Position numbers and translations under genes: made by a program
DNA from: Fidelibacterota bacterium UBA6531
Lineage (GTDB): Bacteria; Fidelibacterota; Marinisomatia; Marinisomatales; TCS55
NCBI GenBank assembly: GCA_002436185.1
Contig: DJKX01000049.1
Location: 14,088 to 78,087 of the forward strand
DNA length: 64,000 nucleotides
Direction: 5' to 3'
The notes under the pieces: generated by a model
The model's database searches: none
What the model saw: the letters and a program-made list of their open reading frames with translations, nothing else
What the model was told of the DNA's origin: nothing
Shown here: piece by piece, positions 1 to 6,919 of the stretch
Layout: every line of letters begins with the position of its first letter
Numbering within the stretch: position 1 is the stretch's first letter

Positions 1-102
1 ACAGCAAAGGAAATGATCAAATCCATATCTGGAGAAGATGTAACTGCAAAGCCTTTCATTAATTATTTAAAAAAGAAATACAGCAAAATTTATTCCATAT
101 AA
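1..102 (+). CDS. 3' end of an unidentified CDS entering from upstream of the window
   Basis: Frame 1 is open from base 1 to TAA at 100-102 (...TAKEMIKSISGEDVTAKPFINYLKKKYSKIYSI*). Too short to assign a family. Confidence 0.3.
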   Translation, partial: TAKEMIKSISGEDVTAKPFINYLKKKYSKIYSI

Positions 103-167
103 TATTAGGAAGAATTCAATAAGACACGAATTGTTTTCTCCTCGGTAAATAACCTCTACTTTTCTAC

Positions 168-197
168 TTGACACTTGGATAGAGTTGGAAGTAAACT
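168..197 (+). promoter_or_regulatory. Candidate sigma70-like promoter of the 250-7852 operon
   Basis: TTGACA at 168-173, 18-nt spacer, TAAACT at 192-197, about 50 nt upstream of the ATG at 250. Motif match only. Confidence 0.3.
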
Positions 198-249
198 CCT
201 CCAGCCAAGTCGGTAGTTCGTCTTGGTCTTGCAAAACCGAGGTAAATAA

Positions 250-1440
250 ATGAACATAAAAGCGTTGTTTAAATACACACTTATTATACTAAGTATTATA
301 GCTTATAACCCCACCCTATTTGCAAAAGATTTCAAGATAAAAGGCACAGTTTTGGATGCTGATGGTGAAAAAGTTGGCGGAGCCACAGTTTTGCTGCTCA
401 CATCAGACGGTGTTGAATCTCAACGCACGGAAACCGCTAAGCCAAAAATAGCAGTGTTGGCAAAAATAGGATTAGGTGGGGGCTCATTTAAATTTAAAGA
501 TGTTCTTCCGGGTGATTATACATTGAAAATAGATGGAGGAGCAAAAGGGGCAGTCAATATGCCCATTACAGTATCGGATGATGATTTAGATGATTTAGAA
601 CTTGTATTGTCAGCAAAAGCAAAAATTAAAAAAGAAGTTGTGTTAAAAAGTGATGGGAAAGAACCAGACAAAGTTATTGAAATTCCTGAAGACGCCACGG
701 ATGCAGGCAGTGACGCAGCATATGTAACAACAGAATTAAGCTTTGAATTAAAGAAGCTTTCTGCTGAAGTAAAACATCTTAATTCCGAACTGGAAGACTT
801 GAAAGCTTTAAGTAAAATGTGGATAAACCCTCTGGCTATTTATTCAAAAGAAATTATTTTACAAAATGGCAGTACAGTATTTGGAAAAATTGTTTATCAA
901 GATGAAGAAACGTTAAAAGTTGAAACTCTCTTAGGATATTTAATTATTGAACGTAAAAATATTGTACGGGTTATTGATAATGTTGTTACTGAAGAAACTC
1001 AAGAATATGTTCCAGAACAAATTCGTGACAGTTATACCCCACCGCCCATGCCAAAACTGGCAGAACCCAAATATACTTCTGCTGATCCATTAAGCCGGGA
1101 AGCCGGAAAAAGATATTCTGCAAATTGTGTTCTGGTTGGCAACATAAGCGAGCGAAAAGATAACCAGGGAGCAATTATTTTTACAGGTGAGGTTAAAAAC
1201 ATTGGCGGTCGCCGTGCGGATTTTGTGAAAGTAGATTTTGTATTTCGCAAAAACTGGAGCGGAGAAACAAAAACGCTCACCACATTTGTACGCGGAACAT
1301 ACCACACCTTCGACTCTGGCATCACAACAGATGCCACTTTACTCCCTGGGGCGGTTGGAGCATTTGAATTATTTGTTCCCAATGATTTTGGGTCTTTCAT
1401 CGGCTATTCCTATGTCATAGATTGGGAAGAATATCAATAA
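250..1440 (+). CDS. Secreted protein: signal peptide, carboxypeptidase-regulatory-like Ig-fold domain, coiled coil, beta-rich C-terminal domain (gene 1 of the stator-rotor operon)
   Basis: 396-aa ORF with GAGGT 6 nt upstream of the ATG. Hydrophobic N-terminus LIILSIIAYNPTLFA. KIKGTVLDADGEKVGGATVLLL...PGDYTLKI resembles the CarboxypepD_reg beta-sandwich. Heptad stretch ELSFELKKLSAEVKHLNSELEDLKAL. Domain calls by eye. Confidence 0.7.
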   Translation: MNIKALFKYTLIILSIIAYNPTLFAKDFKIKGTVLDADGEKVGGATVLLLTSDGVESQRTETAKPKIAVLAKIGLGGGSFKFKDVLPGDYTLKIDGGAKGAVNMPITVSDDDLDDLELVLSAKAKIKKEVVLKSDGKEPDKVIEIPEDATDAGSDAAYVTTELSFELKKLSAEVKHLNSELEDLKALSKMWINPLAIYSKEIILQNGSTVFGKIVYQDEETLKVETLLGYLIIERKNIVRVIDNVVTEETQEYVPEQIRDSYTPPPMPKLAEPKYTSADPLSREAGKRYSANCVLVGNISERKDNQGAIIFTGEVKNIGGRRADFVKVDFVFRKNWSGETKTLTTFVRGTYHTFDSGITTDATLLPGAVGAFELFVPNDFGSFIGYSYVIDWEEYQ

Positions 1441-2333
1441 TGTCGGCGGAATCATTTTACCGCCGGGTTTTATTTATATTAGGAATAATCTTTTTTCTGA
1501 TTATTCCTATCAATGGGCAACAGCAATCCTCCCGCCTATCGGACGTTTTTCTCCTAGATTTAGGCATTGTTATTGAACCAACAGCAGGAAACGAATCTTA
1601 CAGTCGATTAATTGAAAGCCCATCAAATGAAGTAGCAATAAGAATTAAACAAGTAAAAAGTGGAACGACAGATTATTTATCTAATCAAAAGCTGCTGGTT
1701 GCAATTGAACAAATAAACTCACGGATTATTAGCTTGGAAACATCATTGCAAACCGAACTAATAGCTTTGAAATCTGAAAATACTGAATTGAAAGGATTGC
1801 TTGCTGCATCTATACCTGTTTTAGAAAAACCGTCCAGACCAAGAGTTTCTTTAAGAGTTGATGAACCGCAAACCCTTGAAAATTTGGTTCTTGTGGAGCT
1901 ACCGGTTATAAAAAGCATTGCTCTGGTACAACCAGATCCTTTTATAGAAAATTTTGACGATAATATATATATGACAGGCATGTACGCATATCAATGTGGC
2001 AACTTTGCCACAGCGCTCCACTGTTTTGACAATCTTAATCTGCAATCAGCAAAAATTGAACAAGTAGAAAACATTCTTTATTGGACTGCAGACATATATT
2101 TGCAAATCCGTGATTATGACAATGCTTTAACCACTTTGGACAAACTTTTGGAATATAAAAAATCTGATATGATAGATGATGCCCTGGTAAAAAAAGGATT
2201 GATGTATAAAAAACTGGGCAGTATAGATTTAGCGATGAATACATTTAAAAAGGTTGTTGTGGGACATCCGGACAGTGAATATTCCCGTTTAGCAGCACTT
2301 GAGATAAAACGAGGGGAAATGCTTTTCCAGTGA
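1440..2333 (+). CDS. Membrane-anchored coiled-coil plus C-terminal TPR protein (CpoB/YbgF-like architecture; gene 2 of operon)
   Basis: ATG at 1440 overlaps the upstream TAA (TAATG); the ORF-track start at 1422 is a non-ATG extension. N-terminal hydrophobic helix VLFILGIIFFLIIPI, heptad region LLVAIEQINSRIISLETSLQTELIALKSENTELKGLL, and TPR-like helices in the last ~130 aa (YMTGMYAYQCGNFATALHCF..., YWTADIYLQIRDYDNALTTL..., VKKGLMYKKLGSIDLAMNTF...). Confidence 0.7.
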   Translation: MSAESFYRRVLFILGIIFFLIIPINGQQQSSRLSDVFLLDLGIVIEPTAGNESYSRLIESPSNEVAIRIKQVKSGTTDYLSNQKLLVAIEQINSRIISLETSLQTELIALKSENTELKGLLAASIPVLEKPSRPRVSLRVDEPQTLENLVLVELPVIKSIALVQPDPFIENFDDNIYMTGMYAYQCGNFATALHCFDNLNLQSAKIEQVENILYWTADIYLQIRDYDNALTTLDKLLEYKKSDMIDDALVKKGLMYKKLGSIDLAMNTFKKVVVGHPDSEYSRLAALEIKRGEMLFQ

Positions 2334-3748
2334 AAAAATTTATAAATATAGTATTAGTATTTTCTTTTGTCTTGATATCAATATTAAGTGGCGCATCTCG
2401 CATAGCGTATACCCGCCCGGGGTTTATGATGAAAATCCCCACATCCAGCATGAGAAAAGCACCGTATTTATTCCGCACTGGATTTGGTGTAGAATTACAT
2501 CGTTTTGATCCTTTTAACTCTGCTCAAGGCATCTATTTTGATATGGAACTGGGAAAAAATTTTACATTTGGATTTTCTTCGGTGCAAACTGCCGATAGTA
2601 CAGCACCGGCCCTTTTAGGTAAAACGGGTTATACCCCCCCAGTAGAATTTGGTTTTCATTTGCAGCAACGTGTATACACTTATAATAATGTATCACTTTC
2701 GCTTGGTTTACAAGATATTGTTTTTCAAAACGCAGAAAGTGGTGATGGAGGTTTAAGTCTAGATCCCGAACAGCTATCGTTTTTTGTTGTTGTTAGCAGT
2801 GAAAAAGATTTGGGTAAATATCATTTAAATACCTTTATGGGGTTTGGTTCGGGAGGTTTTGCGCCGACAGATACAATTAACACTTCAGTTGTTGAGGGTT
2901 CAACATCACCGGACACAGAGACGACGACCAATGAGGGCACCAAATCAGGTGTGTTTATGGGCGTCATTATGAATACACCATATCTTAATAAATGGGGTGG
3001 AATAGATATTGTGGGTGAATTCGACGGGACAGGCATCAATGTGGGACTCCGCATCCCCCTTACCTCGGATTATCGCCTGAACTTAGGATTCACCCACATA
3101 GAAAAATTGCCGGACTGGAAATCAAGATACTGGGAAGGCCATCCGGGTGTCACGTTAGGGTTTGATATGGCAGTGCCTCGAGGAATAAAAAGTATCCCTA
3201 GCGGTTCAGGGGGGCCATCTCCTTTCCCCGGAAGCCAATTGAAATTACCAGCTACGGGACAATATGAATCATTATCATCATCAATGGACTCTACTTTGTC
3301 TATGGCTGATTTTGCAGTACACACTGTTCGGGATTCCATGATTATGTTAAAAAATGAAATGCGTAATCTCATGGTCCAATTGGCTTCTATGGAACAACAG
3401 TCTCAATTTTTGGAAGATTCATTACTTTCGATGAAATTAAGTCGCAATGTTGGTGAAAAAAATATGAACAAAGCCATGCGTCACTTATCAAAATCACTAC
3501 GCTATTTTTATGCGGGTGATTATCGAGCTGCTTTACAGGAAGTAGAATCAGCTCTGGATTTGAATCCAAATATGGCCTTGGCTTATGCACGGCGCGGATC
3601 GGTTTATTATAAACTGGGCGACATTCAACGAGCGACAATTAACTGGAATTTAGCATTGCGAATGGATCCTGAATATGACGATGTCCGTAATATCTTAAAA
3701 GCCCTGCATGAAAACCGTTTAAAATCCACGAGGGTAGTAAAGGAGTAA
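2330..3748 (+). CDS. Envelope protein: signal peptide, beta-barrel-like N-terminal half, G/S/P linker, coiled coil, C-terminal TPR (gene 3 of operon)
   Basis: 472-aa ORF with a GTG start overlapping the upstream stop (GTGA). The N-terminal ~280 aa show alternating hydrophobic/polar strands typical of OM beta-barrels (FTFGFSSV, VEFGFHLQ, VSLSLGLQ, INVGLRIPL, YRLNLGFTH). Then come the linker SIPSGSGGPSPFPGS, a heptad region MIMLKNEMRNLMVQLASMEQQSQFLEDSLLSM, and a TPR (FYAGDYRAALQEVESALDLNPNMALAYARRGSVYYKLGDIQRATINWNLALRMDP). Confidence 0.7.
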   Translation: MKKFINIVLVFSFVLISILSGASRIAYTRPGFMMKIPTSSMRKAPYLFRTGFGVELHRFDPFNSAQGIYFDMELGKNFTFGFSSVQTADSTAPALLGKTGYTPPVEFGFHLQQRVYTYNNVSLSLGLQDIVFQNAESGDGGLSLDPEQLSFFVVVSSEKDLGKYHLNTFMGFGSGGFAPTDTINTSVVEGSTSPDTETTTNEGTKSGVFMGVIMNTPYLNKWGGIDIVGEFDGTGINVGLRIPLTSDYRLNLGFTHIEKLPDWKSRYWEGHPGVTLGFDMAVPRGIKSIPSGSGGPSPFPGSQLKLPATGQYESLSSSMDSTLSMADFAVHTVRDSMIMLKNEMRNLMVQLASMEQQSQFLEDSLLSMKLSRNVGEKNMNKAMRHLSKSLRYFYAGDYRAALQEVESALDLNPNMALAYARRGSVYYKLGDIQRATINWNLALRMDPEYDDVRNILKALHENRLKSTRVVKE

Positions 3749-3753
3749 AAAAT

Positions 3754-4536
3754 ATGGATATTGCAACATTAGTAGGAATTTTTTTAGGGTTGGGATCCAT
3801 TTTTGGAGGTATCTTTTTAGCAGCTTCTGCTGCTAATGCCAGCATGGGCGGATTTGTATCACCATCAAGCTTCGCAATTGTGTTTGGTGGAATGGTTGCG
3901 TCTGTTTCAGTTGCTTTTCCCTTGTCAGATGTACTTAAGCTGGGCGCTGCAATGGGCGCTGTTTTTAAAGGTGGGAAGCTTAAACTTGGCGTGGTGGTAG
4001 ATGATGCCGTGGAAGCAGCAGATGTAGGTAGAAAAGGGGCTGCTGAACTTGAAAAATCAGTAGATAGCATCAAAAATCCATTTTTCAGGGACGGCGTTCA
4101 GATGGTTGTAGATGGTTATTCTTTGGAAGAGTTGACAGAAATCTTGGAAACCCGTATTGAATACCGTGAGGTTCGTGAAAAAACACAAGCGGGTCTATTT
4201 AAATCAATGGGCACAATGGCTCCCGCTTGGGGTATGATTGGAACATTAATCGGTTTGGTAATTATGTTATCCGGCTTTGGCGGTGAAGGCGGAGCTGATT
4301 CGCTTGGCCCCGGTATGTCAGCTGCGCTAATCACTACTTTCTATGGTGCTGTTTTCGCTAATTTATTTTTTCTACCTATGGGTGAAAAATTAAACACAAG
4401 AATTGCATTTACCAGCACAATGCAAGCAATGTTAGTCGAAGCTGCACGATTGGTTCACCAGAAAAAACACCCGTTAATCGTTAGGGAAAAATTAAATTCT
4501 TTTATTCCACCAAAAGAGTGGAAGAAGGAAGAATAA
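3754..4536 (+). CDS. motA: Flagellar-type stator protein MotA/PomA (proton or sodium channel A subunit)
   Basis: 260 aa with AAAGGAG SD upstream. It has four hydrophobic segments with a large cytoplasmic loop between TM2 and TM3. MotA/PomA-like motifs are present: IKNPFFRDGVQMVVDG, MAPAWGMIGTLIGL, ALITTFYGAVFANLFFLPMGEKL, and the C-terminal REKLNSFIPP. It is longer than ExbB/TolQ and has a different topology (compare the ExbB at 17990-18613). Confidence 0.85.
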   Translation: MDIATLVGIFLGLGSIFGGIFLAASAANASMGGFVSPSSFAIVFGGMVASVSVAFPLSDVLKLGAAMGAVFKGGKLKLGVVVDDAVEAADVGRKGAAELEKSVDSIKNPFFRDGVQMVVDGYSLEELTEILETRIEYREVREKTQAGLFKSMGTMAPAWGMIGTLIGLVIMLSGFGGEGGADSLGPGMSAALITTFYGAVFANLFFLPMGEKLNTRIAFTSTMQAMLVEAARLVHQKKHPLIVREKLNSFIPPKEWKKEE

Positions 4537-4539
4537 TTC

Positions 4540-5343
4540 ATGCCAAAAACACCCGGAGAAAAAAAAGCTTATAAAGCAGGAATTACAAAAGGTAAAACCC
4601 TTGTAGATGAAGGGCTCCCGGGATGGTTTGGTACATTTGCAGATATGATGACACTGTTGTTTGCTTTTTTTGTTTTATTAGCAGCTATTTCAACCATTGA
4701 CCCTGTGAAATTACAGGAAATGGCTGACGGCATGGGAAAATCTGTTGGTAGTAAAATTAAGAAGGAAAGCCAAGCAATGTCATTGTCAGACATTAAAAAA
4801 GCAGTAAAAAAGATGATTGAAGAAATGAAAGTAGACTCGGAATCAGGCGAAACACCCGTAGATGTTACAACTGGTCCCAAAGGTGTTACGATAGGTATTT
4901 CTTCTGATATTAGTTTTGGTTCTGGGTCGGCTAAAACAAAACCACAGATAGTTGATATTTTAACAAAAATCGTTCCAACGATTGAAAAATCATATTTCCA
5001 AGTAGCGGTTGAGGGTCATACTGATAATGAAAAACTACCTGAAAAACTACAGGAAAAATATCCGACAAATTGGGAATTATCTTCAGCCAGGGCATCAGCT
5101 GTAGTGAGAGAATTAATTAAGCTAGGTGTTAACCCCATCCGGTTGGAAGCTGTTGGTTATGGTGAGTTTGCACCGAGAGACAAGGCCTCGCATGAATTAG
5201 TTACTAATGAAGTAATATTAAAATATAATACAACCGTTCAACAAAAAGCCAGAAACAGAAGGGTGGAAATAACTTTCTTGGCACCCAACTATAGTAGGCC
5301 CGGTGGTGGTGAATCTGAAACTAAATCAAGCGAAAAAACATAA
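4540..5343 (+). CDS. motB: Stator protein MotB (OmpA-like peptidoglycan-binding C-terminal domain)
   Basis: 267 aa, starting 3 nt after motA. A single TM carries the conserved channel Asp (WFGTFADMMTLLFAFFVLLAAIS). The OmpA/MotB C-domain reads VEGHTDNEKL...NWELSSARASAVVRELIKLGV...AVGYGEFAP...NRRVEI. Confidence 0.85.
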   Translation: MPKTPGEKKAYKAGITKGKTLVDEGLPGWFGTFADMMTLLFAFFVLLAAISTIDPVKLQEMADGMGKSVGSKIKKESQAMSLSDIKKAVKKMIEEMKVDSESGETPVDVTTGPKGVTIGISSDISFGSGSAKTKPQIVDILTKIVPTIEKSYFQVAVEGHTDNEKLPEKLQEKYPTNWELSSARASAVVRELIKLGVNPIRLEAVGYGEFAPRDKASHELVTNEVILKYNTTVQQKARNRRVEITFLAPNYSRPGGGESETKSSEKT

Positions 5344-5374
5344 TAGATAGATTTTGATAAGCAAAGGAGCTATC

Positions 5375-6910
5375 ATGAGGAAGTATAACATATTTCAGAA
5401 ACAATTTTTATTGGCTGTATTCTGCGTAAGCATAGCTTGGGGACAAGGCAGTGGTTACCTTGCACAGAAATTGATGGTAGAAAACGACTTGCGACAACGT
5501 ATCACAGATGCTTTGTCTAAAATAATTGATGACAGGAAATATGTCATTGATGTGGATGCAGATATTGAAATCAGCGGGGGAACCGAAGAACAAATTACAA
5601 TTCTTGATGAAAGTCAACAAGCCACCCAAAGGGCAGAAGATGTATCTACTGCCATTGAAGGTGCGCTCGACCAATCTGTGGAAAGCCAAAGCGGGGGTGT
5701 TACCAGTGGATTACCAATTCCCGGTTTCGAATTTGAATCAGATGCTGGCAGTTCTGCGCCCGCGACCAATGATGTTCTTTCTTCATCAACAGTATCCATC
5801 CCGGTTCCATCTAAAAGTGGACAAGGAACGGTGCTTTCGCGGACAGTGACCAGTAAGCATCCCTCTACAGCCTACGTTAAAAAATTGGAAATAAGTATTA
5901 TTCTCCAAGAAGGAGCACCCCCTGAGCTTATAGAAAATATTCGACAAGTGGTAATGGTAGCTGCTCGTTTTAATCGCGCCAGAGGCGATGCATTGAGCAT
6001 AATGACAGCCACGTTTAAAGAACGACGAGATGAAAAAACGGCCGAACAGATATTACTTAAAAATATTGCTGAAAAGCTGGAATCTCTGGAACAACAACAG
6101 TCAGGCGATGATTTTGTGAACTGGAAAGAAGAATTGGATAGCTATAAAACACAAGAAGAAGAACGTCGCACACAGGATAAAATGTATTTTCAACAACAAT
6201 TAACCAATTTGGAATCAGCAGCAAGGGACAGAGCATATCAGGCAGAAAAAAGAGATATTTTGCGTCGTGACTCACTAAAACTTCAAGCCCTGAATAATGA
6301 AATTTCCAGCTTGAAGTCCATGATATCATCCGATGAAATTTCTGGTGATGAAGTCGATCAAGCCCAAAGTGCTATGGGTGAAAAAATGAGTGAAAAAGAA
6401 ACTCTGGACGCTCAAATAGCGGAAAAAATGGCCATGTTGGATGCAGTCCAATCAGACTTAGATCGTATGAATGACGGCAGATCATCCACTATGATGATTC
6501 TATTTGTATCTTTACTAGGCGCATTGGTTATTGTGCTCGTTGTAGTATTGGTCATTATGATAATGGGTAATAGGCAGAAACAACAACTTCCACCGCCTTG
6601 GATGTATCCTCCAAGACCGCGGAAAAAAAAAAGTGAAAATAACACAATGACAACTCCTCAACCTATGGTTCCTCCCCAAACGGTTAATCCGATAGAAGAT
6701 GCTGGGGTTTTACAAAGCGAAATATCAGACATGCGCCAGGCAGTTGTTTCCATGAGTGTAAGCCAGCCGAATACAGCCACACGAATTGTAAAAGAATGGA
6801 TGGAAGATGAAGCACCTCCGCCAGAACCGGAACCTGTTGTAGCGGCAGCTCCTACAGAACAAGAAGACGGTGGTAAAAAGAAAAAGAAAAAAAAGAAGAA
6901 GAAAAAATAA
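5375..6910 (+). CDS. Atypical FliF-like ring protein: signal peptide, RBM3-like domain only, ~155-aa coiled coil, TM helix, Pro-rich cytoplasmic tail with FliG-binding-like motif, poly-Lys C-terminus
   Basis: AAGGAG lies 5 nt upstream of the ATG at 5375; the ORF-track start at 5354 is a TTG extension. VENDLRQRITDALSKIIDDRKYVIDVDADIEISGG and KKLEISIILQEG...ENIRQVVMVAARFNRARGDALSIMTATF resemble the two halves of FliF RBM3. The TM is MMILFVSLLGALVIVLVVVLVIMIMG. The C-terminal IVKEWMEDE resembles the FliF C-terminal helix that binds FliG. Homology judged by eye. Confidence 0.6.
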   Translation: MRKYNIFQKQFLLAVFCVSIAWGQGSGYLAQKLMVENDLRQRITDALSKIIDDRKYVIDVDADIEISGGTEEQITILDESQQATQRAEDVSTAIEGALDQSVESQSGGVTSGLPIPGFEFESDAGSSAPATNDVLSSSTVSIPVPSKSGQGTVLSRTVTSKHPSTAYVKKLEISIILQEGAPPELIENIRQVVMVAARFNRARGDALSIMTATFKERRDEKTAEQILLKNIAEKLESLEQQQSGDDFVNWKEELDSYKTQEEERRTQDKMYFQQQLTNLESAARDRAYQAEKRDILRRDSLKLQALNNEISSLKSMISSDEISGDEVDQAQSAMGEKMSEKETLDAQIAEKMAMLDAVQSDLDRMNDGRSSTMMILFVSLLGALVIVLVVVLVIMIMGNRQKQQLPPPWMYPPRPRKKKSENNTMTTPQPMVPPQTVNPIEDAGVLQSEISDMRQAVVSMSVSQPNTATRIVKEWMEDEAPPPEPEPVVAAAPTEQEDGGKKKKKKKKKKK

Positions 6911-6919
6911 GGCAAAGCC

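Noticed and set aside
1422-1439. Earlier start for the coiled-coil/TPR gene
   Set aside because: It is a non-ATG extension overlapping the upstream CDS by 19 nt. The ATG at 1440, in a TAATG stop-start overlap, is the more usual coupling signal. The choice remains uncertain.
3639-4073. 144-aa minus-strand ORF overlapping the end of the TPR gene and the start of motA
   Set aside because: It lies antisense to two well-supported CDSs. Its translation is low-complexity (Ala/Ser/Thr/Pro-rich) with no motif, which is a typical shadow ORF. The same reasoning applies to the other antisense ORFs in the track, for example 1032-1400, 4569-4880, 9597-9908, 44885-45214 and 53409-53738.
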